A stretch of 23,421 nucleotides of DNA, taken from NCBI GenBank assembly GCA_039630345.1, contig JBCNVD010000005.1:1-23421 (forward strand). Direction: 5' to 3'. Numbering within the stretch: position 1 is the stretch's first letter; the number at the start of each line of letters is the position of its first letter. This document shows positions 1 to 9,113 of this stretch, one piece after another. The notes beneath the pieces are model-generated. The model worked only from the letters and a program-made list of their open reading frames with translations, had not been told where the DNA came from and ran no database searches. This DNA is from Aquificaceae bacterium. GTDB lineage: Bacteria; Aquificota; Aquificia; Aquificales; Aquificaceae. Position numbers and translations under genes: made by a program.

Positions 1-394
1 CATATGCGGCATACTTGATAAGAGCCTGGTTTAATCTCTCGCCAAGCTCTTTTATGCCTTTAAAGTAAAAGAAAGCGCTTGCTAACATAAGAAGATAAGT
101 AACTATCATGGAAAAGCCAAGAGAAGTTATCTTAAACTCCCCACTCATTACCGCTGATGCGATAGAACCCGCAAAGAGGGTAAAACCTACTATCGCTGTC
201 ACTACACCTATTCCAATAGATATTAGCAAGTTGTAGAAGATATTTTTTGCATCAAGTGCGTTAGAGATTACGAAAATTCCATAAAGGAAAGCCAGATAAC
301 CAAGCAAAGCAAGCGGAGGAAGTATAAAGCCAAGTATTAAGCTTGCTATTAAACCCCATGCTGCAATTAGTTTTGCGTTTTTGATGTTTTGCAT
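1..394 (-). CDS. DUF996-like integral membrane protein (3' end runs off the window)
   Basis: Not in the ORF track. Manual translation from ATG at 394 (AAGGAGGG RBS upstream) gives MQNIKNAKLIAAWGLIASLILGFILPPLALLGYLAFLYGIFVISNALDAKNIFYNLLISIGIG..., open to the window edge with several hydrophobic helices. Family assigned from recalled motif similarity. Confidence 0.6.
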   Translation of the reverse strand, partial: MQNIKNAKLIAAWGLIASLILGFILPPLALLGYLAFLYGIFVISNALDAKNIFYNLLISIGIGVVTAIVGFTLFAGSIASAVMSGEFKITSLGFSMIVTYLLMLASAFFYFKGIKELGERLNQALIKYAAY

Positions 395-423
395 TACACC
401 CTCCTTACCCTCTAATTATAACT

Positions 424-451
424 AAAAATTTTGCGCCCCGAAGGGGCGCGC
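424..451 (-). terminator. Probable intrinsic terminator of the soeABC operon
   Basis: Perfect GC hairpin GCGCCCC-GAA-GGGGCGC (433-449; cUUCGg loop on the minus strand) just after the soeC stop, followed on the minus strand by AAAATTTTT. Confidence 0.7.
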
Positions 452-453
452 TT

Positions 454-1464
454 TTAGTATCTTATTACCGTCTTTTTAGGTTCGGTGTAGCCTTTTCTTA
501 GAGAATAGCCCTGAGGTGGATATATGCCATAGTAGAGGTTTTGAACGTGATTTCCCTCCACGAAAAAGCACCAGCGCTCGAGGAAGCTGCCAGCTACTGT
601 AAAGCCCAGGATGGGGGCTATAAAGATTAGCTCGTGGCGGCTGCTTATGAGGGCGTAGAATGTTAAGAATGTGGGGATTAGAAAAGTGATGATGTAAGAT
701 AGTGGCACTGCGGTGCTTAGGAGCTCTTTGCCTCTTTGGTAATAAAACTCTGTCGTGCAGTAGTTGTTTGTGGTCGAGCCGGTATCTATGACCCGCATGG
801 GTCTGTTGTGTGGCAGGTTAAGAGCTTCGTTTAGAGTTGGGTGTGGGATTGTAAATTGCCTTATGTTGAAAAAGAGCCTGAAGAAAAACCCAAGAGATAG
901 GAAAAGAGCTGTCAGGAAGAAAAACTCGCCTGAGAGCTGAGGGTAAAAGATTGTTGTCAAAACCCCGGTTGCGGGCGCGCCGAGCATTAAATACATATTA
1001 AGGTAGTAAAGCACTGTTAAGGAGCTATTCCATTCGGGGACAAATTTGTTGCTTGCGTATATCATAGCGGTTGAAAAACTGGATAGCCAGCCATTTATCA
1101 GGGTTAAAATCCCAAGAAGATGTTGCAAAAATAGACTCTGGTTTGAGTAGTAACTAAGGGCATATAAAAATAGCAAAAATCCATAGGTGCCACTAAAGAC
1201 CGCTTCGCGAGAGAGCCAGGAAGTATGAAAGCGCTTGATTGCCTTCCACGCGCGAAGTTTATGCCCAAGGTGGAAGCTTGCGCCTATGGCGCCAAGAGCT
1301 ATTAAAACCAGGGATGTTACTAAAGATATTAAAACCGCCTGCCTGGGCAGGGCGGTATTTTTACCAAAGAGACTCAAAAGCTCAAGGAAGTACACGAAGT
1401 TAAATAGCCCTATTGAGATCCCTGCGGTTATGAAAAACCATATTAGCGAAAATGGCGGGTGCAT
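454..1464 (-). CDS. soeC: DmsC-family membrane anchor of sulfite:quinone oxidoreductase (SoeC)
   Basis: MHPPFSLIWF N-terminus, SFHLGH..RAWKA....SWLSRE and ERWCFF...HVQNLYYG motifs; many TM helices; third gene of a Mo-enzyme operon. Confidence 0.85.
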   Translation of the reverse strand: MHPPFSLIWFFITAGISIGLFNFVYFLELLSLFGKNTALPRQAVLISLVTSLVLIALGAIGASFHLGHKLRAWKAIKRFHTSWLSREAVFSGTYGFLLFLYALSYYSNQSLFLQHLLGILTLINGWLSSFSTAMIYASNKFVPEWNSSLTVLYYLNMYLMLGAPATGVLTTIFYPQLSGEFFFLTALFLSLGFFFRLFFNIRQFTIPHPTLNEALNLPHNRPMRVIDTGSTTNNYCTTEFYYQRGKELLSTAVPLSYIITFLIPTFLTFYALISSRHELIFIAPILGFTVAGSFLERWCFFVEGNHVQNLYYGIYPPQGYSLRKGYTEPKKTVIRY

Positions 1465-1468
1465 CTTT

Positions 1469-2164
1469 TTATCCTCCTACATGATGTCTTCTCATGACTT
1501 CTAAAAAGAGGGGGTTTTCATGCTCAAGAATGTGCTCGTCCAGCTTTATGTCTGTTTCGGTGCGTGGAAGGTAGTGGTTAGCAGGGTTTGTGCCCATATC
1601 TGAAAATAGAACAAAACCGTTTCGCCTTTTAATCATTTGATAAACTTCGCTGTTTGGGTCTTCGATATCGCCAAAGAACCTGGCCTTTGCGGGGCATGTA
1701 AGGACGCAGGCAGGTTTTCTATGCTCCGGTGGCAGGGATTCGTCGTATATGCGGTCTATGCAAAGGGTGCATTTTTTCATAACTTTGTCCGCTTCGTCAA
1801 ATTCCCTGCAGCCGTAAGGGCATGACCAGGAGCAGAGCTTGCAACCTATGCAATCGTCGTAATTTACCAGGACTATTCCGTCCTGCTCTCTTTTATAGCT
1901 TGCACCGGTTGGACAAACAGGAACGCAGGGCGCATCCTGACAGTGAAGACAGGACTTTGGAAGATGAAAGACCTGAGTGTGGGGAAATTCTCCTACTTCG
2001 TAGGTCATTATGCGGTTATACCAAACCCCCTGAGGCTCCTTGCCATAGGGATCAAAGTCAGATAATGGTCCAAAAGACGCCTGGGTGTTCCACTCTTTGC
2101 AGTTAGTTGCGCAGGCATGACAGCCCACGCATGTGTTAAGGTCTATCACAAGCGCAAGTTGCAT
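1469..2164 (-). CDS. soeB: 4Fe-4S electron-transfer subunit (SoeB / DmsB family)
   Basis: Four Cys clusters: CVGCHACATNC, CLHCQDAPCVPVC, CIGCKLCSWSC, CTLC...CVLTC. Confidence 0.9.
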   Translation of the reverse strand: MQLALVIDLNTCVGCHACATNCKEWNTQASFGPLSDFDPYGKEPQGVWYNRIMTYEVGEFPHTQVFHLPKSCLHCQDAPCVPVCPTGASYKREQDGIVLVNYDDCIGCKLCSWSCPYGCREFDEADKVMKKCTLCIDRIYDESLPPEHRKPACVLTCPAKARFFGDIEDPNSEVYQMIKRRNGFVLFSDMGTNPANHYLPRTETDIKLDEHILEHENPLFLEVMRRHHVGG

Positions 2165-2179
2165 TTTATAACCTCCTTT

Positions 2180-5023
2180 TCAGGGTTTGTATCTAAGGAG
2201 CTCTGTCCAGCTCTCCTTGATGTGCTCAAGCGGTTTGACCTCAAACTGAGGCCAGGTTTCGGGTGTCTGGTCCTGGGCTTTGTAGACCTTTACTTTCGTA
2301 TCAAACCAGGCCAGATGTCCGGTTATTGGGTCTCCGTAAAAGACCTCTTTGGTGCCAAGTTTTATGCTATGGGGCACTACATGGTTTAGCAAGAATCCAA
2401 GAGAGCCCTCTTGTGCTTCAGGTTTTAATCCCCATGTGCCTTTCATTTTGCCTATTGCATTCCAGGTCCAGACAGAGTTTGGTTCTGTGGTGTTTGTTAG
2501 AAATACCTGGCATTTGACCTTTCCGGTGCGGGATTCTACTATCACCCAGTCAAGATGCTCTATGCCCAGCTCTTTTGCGGTTTTGGGGTTCATATATAGA
2601 TAGTTCCTTGTGGATATCTGTCTTAGCCAGACATTTTGAGAGTCCCAGGAGTGATACATCCATTGAGGGCGCTGGGTGAACGCATAGAGTGGATAGTCCT
2701 TGCCTGAGACTTCTTCCTCAAAAGGTGGATACCAGAAAGGTAGAGGGTCAAAGTACTTTATGAGGCGCTCTCTTAAAATAGGGTCGTTTGGTGGTTGATT
2801 TTTACCTTCCCAAAGTCCAAGTCCTGCGAGCCTGAATTTTTGCAAAGGCTCAAGGTAGAAGTTAAATATCATAGGGGCTACTTTTTTAATAAATCCAACG
2901 CCTGAAGCCCATTCCTGGTAGTCTTTGTTTGCTTGGCGATAGTATCTCATGTTTTCTGGCAATTTGTAGTAGAAAAATCCCCTGTTTTTAAGATACATCT
3001 CGAGCTGATTTGGATTTGGTTCACCTACGAAGTGTTTTTCGCCGTTTTTGCCCCTCCAGCCTGCCAAAGCCCCAACGCCCGGCCTTATTTGCCAGTTTAT
3101 TAAAAAGTCTTTGAAATCTTTGTATTTTCTTGAACCATCCTCATTTAGAAATGCAGGGAGCTTTAGTCTATAGCCAAGCTCTACCATTACATCGCCCCAG
3201 CCTTTGACATCATAGCCGTTGGCTTTGGGGTCTACTATAGGATGTCTTATAGCATCCACGGGTCCATCGACTGCTGAAGGCGGTCTATCAAGAAGAGATA
3301 GAGCAAACCACTGCTCCAGGTATGTAGCATCTGGAAAAACCAGGTCAGAATAGGCTACCTGCTCGCTATAAAAAGCATCTATGGTTATGATTTTGGGAAT
3401 GATGTAGTTTCCTGCCTGGTCTGTTGCCGTTAGCGCCTCAAGAATGTAAGGGATGTTTTGAGAGGAGTTCCATGCCATATTTGCCATATAGATCATCAAA
3501 ACCTCGATGGGGTATGGGTCTTTTTGATATGCGGCAGGGATGACATTCTGGATGCATCCGTGAGCAGCCATTGGAAACCACCAGCTATAAGCGTGGTCGA
3601 TTCTTATTGGTCTTCCTCTATCATCTACCAGCAGATCGTCAGGGGTTTGAACATAACCAAGATGGGGTCCAGGGTATGCCTCGCCATATTTAATCTGGTC
3701 TTGAGTTTTTATAACGTAAGGCTTTGGCAGGTCTTCTATGTGTTTTGGATATGGTGGTTTATTTAAAAAGCCTCCGGGCACATCGACGATTCCCAGCATC
3801 ATCATAAGCAGAAACACCGTTCTGGAGCTTTGAAAGCCGTTTGTATGAGAGCCTACACCCCGCATCATGTGGAAAGAGACGGGTCTACCTATGGTGTGTT
3901 TGTGCTTTCTACCCCAAACATCTGTCCACTCAATTGGCAAAATAGTGGGATGATAAAGGGCTATGGTGCCTATTTCTTTCGCAATGCGCTCTATATCTTT
4001 TGCGTCTATGCCGGTTATTTTTGAAACCTGCTCTGGAGAATACTCTCTTACCAGCCTCTCTGCGAAGATATCAAAGGCTGGTCTAACTCTGTAGCCTTCA
4101 GGGGTTTCAAACTCACCTATGAACGCAGGGTCTAGTTCATCTGGCACTATTCTGTCTGCGGGCCTGAATGTCCCTGACTTTTTATCAAATACCTGCGCCC
4201 TTCCCTCAGAGTCTTTGTAAAATAGACCATCTTTTGGTGTAGAAGGTGCCTTTATAACAAGCCAGGGGGCATTTGTGTACTCTTTTAGAAATTCCCAGTT
4301 TACCAGGTTGTATTTAAATAAAACATGCATCAATCCCATAAAGAAAGCGCCGTCTGTGCCGGGCTTTATCGCTACCCATTCATCCGCAACGGCTCCATAG
4401 CCCCAGCGAACCGGGTTAACCACTACAAACTTTCCGCCTTTTCTTTTCATTTCCTGAATGCCGAGCTTAAAAGGATTAGAGGAGTGATCTTCCGCAACGC
4501 CTATGAGCATAAAGTATTTAGTGTTTTCAAAGTCGGCTTCGCCGAATTCCCAGAAAGAACCCCCAATTGAGTAAAGACCCGCTGCGGCAATATTCACAGA
4601 ACAAAATCCACCATGAGCTGCCCAGTTGACTGTTCCAAGCTGGGAAGAAAACCAGCTATTTATTTGCTGCATCTGGTCGCGACCTGTAAAAAACGCTATT
4701 TTATGAGGGCCTTTCTTTCTTGCCTCTTCTATCCAGCTGGCTGCTATTTCAAGGGCTTCTTCCCACTCTATTTCTTTAAATTCACCAGAACCTCTTGGAC
4801 CTATGCGCAAGAGGGGCTTTTTGAGTCTTGCAGGGCTATACTCTTTCATAATTCCAGAAGAGCCCTTTGCACACAGAACCCCTCTGTTTGTTGGGTGAAG
4901 GTCGTTTCCTTTGATATAGGTAACTTTGTTATTTCGAACATAAACTTCTATACCGCACCTGCAGGCACACATATAGCAGGTGCTATAAGCTTTTCTATCA
5001 TAAAAGCTACCGCCTATTTCCAT
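2180..5023 (-). CDS. soeA: Molybdopterin (Mo-bisPGD) catalytic subunit, SoeA-type sulfite dehydrogenase
   Basis: N-terminal TCYMCACRCG..LC 4Fe-4S motif, FFTGRDQ, AAHGGFCSVN, MYHSWDSQN; no Tat leader (cytoplasm-facing); AAGGAGG RBS. Confidence 0.88.
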   Translation of the reverse strand: MEIGGSFYDRKAYSTCYMCACRCGIEVYVRNNKVTYIKGNDLHPTNRGVLCAKGSSGIMKEYSPARLKKPLLRIGPRGSGEFKEIEWEEALEIAASWIEEARKKGPHKIAFFTGRDQMQQINSWFSSQLGTVNWAAHGGFCSVNIAAAGLYSIGGSFWEFGEADFENTKYFMLIGVAEDHSSNPFKLGIQEMKRKGGKFVVVNPVRWGYGAVADEWVAIKPGTDGAFFMGLMHVLFKYNLVNWEFLKEYTNAPWLVIKAPSTPKDGLFYKDSEGRAQVFDKKSGTFRPADRIVPDELDPAFIGEFETPEGYRVRPAFDIFAERLVREYSPEQVSKITGIDAKDIERIAKEIGTIALYHPTILPIEWTDVWGRKHKHTIGRPVSFHMMRGVGSHTNGFQSSRTVFLLMMMLGIVDVPGGFLNKPPYPKHIEDLPKPYVIKTQDQIKYGEAYPGPHLGYVQTPDDLLVDDRGRPIRIDHAYSWWFPMAAHGCIQNVIPAAYQKDPYPIEVLMIYMANMAWNSSQNIPYILEALTATDQAGNYIIPKIITIDAFYSEQVAYSDLVFPDATYLEQWFALSLLDRPPSAVDGPVDAIRHPIVDPKANGYDVKGWGDVMVELGYRLKLPAFLNEDGSRKYKDFKDFLINWQIRPGVGALAGWRGKNGEKHFVGEPNPNQLEMYLKNRGFFYYKLPENMRYYRQANKDYQEWASGVGFIKKVAPMIFNFYLEPLQKFRLAGLGLWEGKNQPPNDPILRERLIKYFDPLPFWYPPFEEEVSGKDYPLYAFTQRPQWMYHSWDSQNVWLRQISTRNYLYMNPKTAKELGIEHLDWVIVESRTGKVKCQVFLTNTTEPNSVWTWNAIGKMKGTWGLKPEAQEGSLGFLLNHVVPHSIKLGTKEVFYGDPITGHLAWFDTKVKVYKAQDQTPETWPQFEVKPLEHIKESWTELLRYKP

Positions 5024-5209
5024 CCTGTGACCTCCTTAATGAATATCAACTTATACACCTTTAAACCATTCGTAATTTGAAGTTTTTATAACATTATAAC
5101 TTTTTTTTATCAGAGCTATAAATGGCGGTTATGCTATAAAAATGCAAGCCGATTTCAACTTTACAGGAACAACATAAGATTACCTGTTGAAAAGTAGCGC
5201 TTTTTGAAA

Positions 5210-5238
5210 TTGACACAGAGTTGCAATTGTATTATCCT
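5210..5238 (+). promoter_or_regulatory. Sigma-70-type promoter of the porin operon
   Basis: TTGACA (5210-5215), 17 bp spacer, TATCCT (5233-5238); AAGGAGGT RBS follows at 5247-5254. Confidence 0.7.
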
Positions 5239-5258
5239 TATTTACCAAGGAGGTGGTA

Positions 5259-6656
5259 ATGAAAAAGGCGATTCTTTTGCTTGCTCTTTTAGCAGGTGGA
5301 AGCTATGCCCAAGCAACCGACGAGCGAATAAGGTCTCTAGAGGAGCAAATCAAGATGCTCCAGCAAGAGGTGGAGCGCCTCAAACAGGAACAAAGAAGGC
5401 TGGACGAGACAAAAAGAGACACGGAAGCCATAAAAGAGGAGCTTCGTCAGCTAAAGCTCGATGTTGCGCTACCCAAACTTGAGATTAAGTCCTATTCTGG
5501 ATTAGGACCATCCGCATCAAAGGTTCACTTCACTCAAAGAGGGGTCTCAATAGGCGGATATGGAGAGATTTACCTCTATAGGAGAAACAGCGTAGACGCA
5601 AGAGGCGGGGCAAAGGCAATATCAAACCTTCAGCGCATAATTTTGTATCTTGGCTATAGCTTTGACGAAAAGCTCAAGTTTAATTCAGAGCTTGAATTAG
5701 AGCATGCATCGACCCTTGCAGACCACGGAACAGGAGGGGCTTACTTTAAAGCTGAGCTTGCATACATTGACTATAGCTACAGACCAGAGCTTGGCTTCAG
5801 AGCTGGACTTTTGCTTATGCCGGTTGGCATAATCAATGAAATTCATGAACCTCCAACATTTCCCTCCGCAGAGCGACCCTTCTTTGAAAGAAGAATCGCT
5901 TTAAGCACCTGGGAGGAGATGGGTGCAGGAGTTTACGGAACCGTTGGACCTGTTGATTATAGACTGTATGTCATTAACGGCCTTATGCTAAGAGGGGGAG
6001 GGGGATATAGCGTAGAAGAGCCTATTAAAAACTTCCGTCAAAGGGGCGCAAGGGCAGTTGCTGAAAAACTTGGTTTTACTGGAAGGGTAGATGTTGACCT
6101 TCCGTTTGGACTGATGGCTGGTGGTTCCTTTGTTGTTTCTGATGTGCAATCCAAAGGAGGAAACGACTCTCAGCTAAGACTTCGCAGAGGCACCAAAGTA
6201 GGCAGTGTCAGCATGCTATTTCCGCATCTCTGGTATCAGGATAAGGGATGGGATGTGAGGTTTGTTGGTGCTTTTATATCTGTCAGTGACCCGCTTCAGC
6301 TCTCAAGAGACCTATTTGGAAACAACATCCAGAGCGGTAGCAGAAACATCAACAACATAATACCCAAAGAGCAAAGAGGGTTTTATTTGCAAGTAGCTTA
6401 TGATATTTTCAGGCTTTTAAATATCAGCAACCAGGAGCTTTATCTTTTTGGCATATACGAAGACTTTGACACTCACGCCAAGGTGCCTGCAGGCTTTAGC
6501 AAACCACCGGGGCATAAGCTAAAGGTTTACAATGCAGGAATTTCCTATAAACCCCACCCGCTTATAGCTCTTAAAACTGACTATGCAAGACTTAACTATA
6601 GCGCGCCAAGGCGCGACGAGGATGAATATAGACTCATGATAGGTTTTATGTTTTAA
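5259..6656 (+). CDS. Outer-membrane beta-barrel porin (porin O/P-like) with N-terminal coiled coil
   Basis: Start moved to ATG 5259 for RBS spacing. Signal peptide MKKAILLLALLAGGSYA, heptad coiled coil, GGYGE...RIILYLGYSF...FNSELELEH...HEPPTF motifs, C-terminal aromatic (IGFMF). Confidence 0.75.
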   Translation: MKKAILLLALLAGGSYAQATDERIRSLEEQIKMLQQEVERLKQEQRRLDETKRDTEAIKEELRQLKLDVALPKLEIKSYSGLGPSASKVHFTQRGVSIGGYGEIYLYRRNSVDARGGAKAISNLQRIILYLGYSFDEKLKFNSELELEHASTLADHGTGGAYFKAELAYIDYSYRPELGFRAGLLLMPVGIINEIHEPPTFPSAERPFFERRIALSTWEEMGAGVYGTVGPVDYRLYVINGLMLRGGGGYSVEEPIKNFRQRGARAVAEKLGFTGRVDVDLPFGLMAGGSFVVSDVQSKGGNDSQLRLRRGTKVGSVSMLFPHLWYQDKGWDVRFVGAFISVSDPLQLSRDLFGNNIQSGSRNINNIIPKEQRGFYLQVAYDIFRLLNISNQELYLFGIYEDFDTHAKVPAGFSKPPGHKLKVYNAGISYKPHPLIALKTDYARLNYSAPRRDEDEYRLMIGFMF

Positions 6657-6662
6657 ATCACC

Positions 6663-7223
6663 ATGAAGATAGTATTTTTATTGCTTGCACTCTTCTTTGA
6701 GCTTGCGCTTGCCCACGGTGGCGGCGCAGGCAAAGTAAAAGAGATAAAAAGACCTGAGCAGGCTCTTTCCCAGATTTATCCAAACAGCACTCTCGAGGTG
6801 CAAAACTTTACGCTAACTTACGAGCAAATTCAGGAAGTTCAAAGACTTTCGGGTATGAAACTCGATAGCAGATTAGTATCCTGGTATTTGGTAAAAAAAG
6901 GGGGGCAAATTATAGCCTATGCTTTTGTTGACATACATAGAGTAAGGACTCAGCCGGAGGTGATACTTTACTGCATAAAACCAGATGGCAGGATTGATGT
7001 GGTGGAGGTCCTGGCTTTTTATGAACCCCCTGAGTATGCACCTGAAGACAAATGGCTTGCACTGTTTGTAAACAAACAGCTAGAGCGAGATAACCTGCGT
7101 CTTCGCAAAGACATTCCAAACATTACAGGTTCTACCCTCACAGCAAGGGCTATAACAGACAATGCAAGAAAAGTGCTGGCTCTCTGGCAGGTTTTATTTT
7201 CTCAAAGAACTTCCCAGCAATGA
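6663..7223 (+). CDS. Exported FMN-binding domain protein (predicted covalent flavinylation substrate)
   Basis: Signal peptide ending ALA; ITGSTLTARAI resembles the [S/T]GA[S/T] ApbE flavinylation motif (codons 7125-7136). Confidence 0.75.
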   Translation: MKIVFLLLALFFELALAHGGGAGKVKEIKRPEQALSQIYPNSTLEVQNFTLTYEQIQEVQRLSGMKLDSRLVSWYLVKKGGQIIAYAFVDIHRVRTQPEVILYCIKPDGRIDVVEVLAFYEPPEYAPEDKWLALFVNKQLERDNLRLRKDIPNITGSTLTARAITDNARKVLALWQVLFSQRTSQQ

Positions 7224-8140
7224 GATTTTTTATAAGTGCAAAAATAAAGCAAAACCCTGTTTTGTATGTGTCAGTAATTGCCTTTATCGTCTTTAGCTTT
7301 TTGCACTGGCTTTTTTCCTGGTTTTATTTCTATTCCAAGTATGGCTTTAGTAAAGAGAGTTTGATGATTTATTACTGTTTAGACCCGATAGAGCCTCAAA
7401 GACCATCGCTTGCTCAGCTTTCAGAGGATATGCATGTTGGACTTTTTATACATTTTATGTTGATTATAGTTCTTCTTTCGATTCTTGCTACTGTTTCTGG
7501 CTTAAAGTTTGCGGTTTTTATCTCGATTCTTGTTTCTTTTCTTGCAGGTTTTTATGTTCTTTCTGATGTTATTATATACTTTTTCTGTTCAAAAGCCGTT
7601 ATGTTAAAGCTTTTTTCTTTTATTCTGTATCAGATAGTTCTGATATTTTCAATACTTCTGACCGGCTTTAAGCTCCATTTTGGAAATTCAAAGCCACCCA
7701 AGACAGGGTTTCTCAGGTTGATAGTTGGGATATTCGCTGGCTTCTCTTTTATCTTTTTGTTAGTTAGTGCGATGAACTTCTTTCTAAAGATGGGATTTAG
7801 CGTTCAAGGTATAAAAAATTACTACCTTGGCAACAGCGAGCTACTGATAAAGCCAAAGACAATAGACGGCGTTATGAAGGTTGCCTATCCTCATGTTGTT
7901 GCAATGGCTGTTTATTCTCTTGGCCTTTCTCACTTGCTTGCTTTTACAAAAATTCATACATCAGCCGCAGTTTTTTTGGGAGTTTTCACTTTTGTTTTTT
8001 CTTCTGTTGATAATATTTCCAGTATTTTGATTTTGTTAGATGCTGGCTTTGTCTATCTTAAGTTAGTTTCCTTTGCTCTTTTTCAGGTATTTGCGCTATT
8101 TGGCTCTTTTATTTTGATGTTTTCTACCCTCCGAGCATAA
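7220..8140 (+). CDS. Polytopic inner-membrane protein of two homologous halves, unknown function
   Basis: About 8 hydrophobic segments; ATGA coupling to the upstream gene; halves share GFS.....YY...P.......H pattern. Confidence 0.7.
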   Translation: MRFFISAKIKQNPVLYVSVIAFIVFSFLHWLFSWFYFYSKYGFSKESLMIYYCLDPIEPQRPSLAQLSEDMHVGLFIHFMLIIVLLSILATVSGLKFAVFISILVSFLAGFYVLSDVIIYFFCSKAVMLKLFSFILYQIVLIFSILLTGFKLHFGNSKPPKTGFLRLIVGIFAGFSFIFLLVSAMNFFLKMGFSVQGIKNYYLGNSELLIKPKTIDGVMKVAYPHVVAMAVYSLGLSHLLAFTKIHTSAAVFLGVFTFVFSSVDNISSILILLDAGFVYLKLVSFALFQVFALFGSFILMFSTLRA

Positions 8141-9113
8141 ACATTTCCAGTCTTTTCTGGTTTTTGTTTTGTGAGCGTTCAAGAGAGTATTTGTCGGCTC
8201 TTTTTTCCCAGAAGTTTTTAATTGAGTTTAAAAGCTGAGTATCGCTTGCGCCAAGGCGCATAAGAGTTTTAATATCAAGTCCTTCAGATGCATAAAGACA
8301 TCTAAATAGCTTTCCGTCCGCACTCAGTCTTATTCTGTCACAGTCCATACAAAAAGGCTTTGTGATAGAGGATATGAATTCAACTTGTTGACCGTTGATA
8401 AGGTATGAATAGCTAACCTCTCCTGCTTTTCTCTCTTTATGTGGCAAAACTTCAAACTGGTTTTTGAATTCCTCTATGAGCTCCTGTGAGCTAACTACAA
8501 GTTCCTCGCTCCAGCCGTTTAATGTCCCAACATCCATAAACTCTATAAACCTGATTACAACGCCCCAGTTTTTGAAAAATTTGATAAAATCGGCGGCTTC
8601 TTGACTATTTATACCTCTTATTAAGCATACGTTTATCTTTACAGGTTTTAAACCAAGTTCAACGGCTCTTGATATTGCGCTTAACAGATATGAGAGTTTT
8701 ATATCCCTCCCTGATAGTTTTTTTAAAACATCCTCTCTCAACGAGTGCAGGCTAAAGGTCACTCTTGTGAGTCCTGAGTTTTTTAAGACGCTTGCTTTTT
8801 CTAAAAAACCAGTGCCGTTTGTGGTTAGTGTAATCTCTTTTAAGTTCAGAGAGGAGAGCTTTTCCACAAGGAGCTCTAGGTTTTTCCTAAGCAGTGGTTC
8901 ACCGCCTGTTAGTTTGACTTTACTAACGCCAAGAGATTTAAGAACTCTTACGACTCTTTCTATCTCTTCAAAGCTCAAAATCTCTGACTTTTTGAAAAAC
9001 TCGTAATTTTGGCCATCTGGCATGCAAAAACTGCATCTTAGATTGCATCTATCGGTTACGGATAGTCTCAGGGTCTTTAGAGGTCTTGAGAGGGTATCTC
9101 TTAGCTCACCCAA
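8124..9113 (-). CDS. moaA: GTP 3',8-cyclase MoaA
   Basis: Radical SAM CNLRCSFC, LTGGEPLLR, C-terminal CMDCDRIRL...C cluster and terminal GG. Start probably TTG 9113 behind AGGAG (ORF track extends to 9149). Confidence 0.95.
   Translation of the reverse strand: MGELRDTLSRPLKTLRLSVTDRCNLRCSFCMPDGQNYEFFKKSEILSFEEIERVVRVLKSLGVSKVKLTGGEPLLRKNLELLVEKLSSLNLKEITLTTNGTGFLEKASVLKNSGLTRVTFSLHSLREDVLKKLSGRDIKLSYLLSAISRAVELGLKPVKINVCLIRGINSQEAADFIKFFKNWGVVIRFIEFMDVGTLNGWSEELVVSSQELIEEFKNQFEVLPHKERKAGEVSYSYLINGQQVEFISSITKPFCMDCDRIRLSADGKLFRCLYASEGLDIKTLMRLGASDTQLLNSIKNFWEKRADKYSLERSQNKNQKRLEMFMLGG

Noticed and set aside
1235..5080. Multiple plus-strand ORFs of 60-155 aa opposite soeABC
   Set aside because: Antisense shadows of well-supported genes, with no recognisable motifs.
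5120..5150. Possible sigma-54 -24/-12 promoter (TGGC...TGC)
   Set aside because: GG-to-GC spacing does not fit the required 10 nt on either strand.
5218..5236. Possible Fur box over the porin promoter
   Set aside because: Only about half of the 19-bp consensus matches in an AT-rich region.
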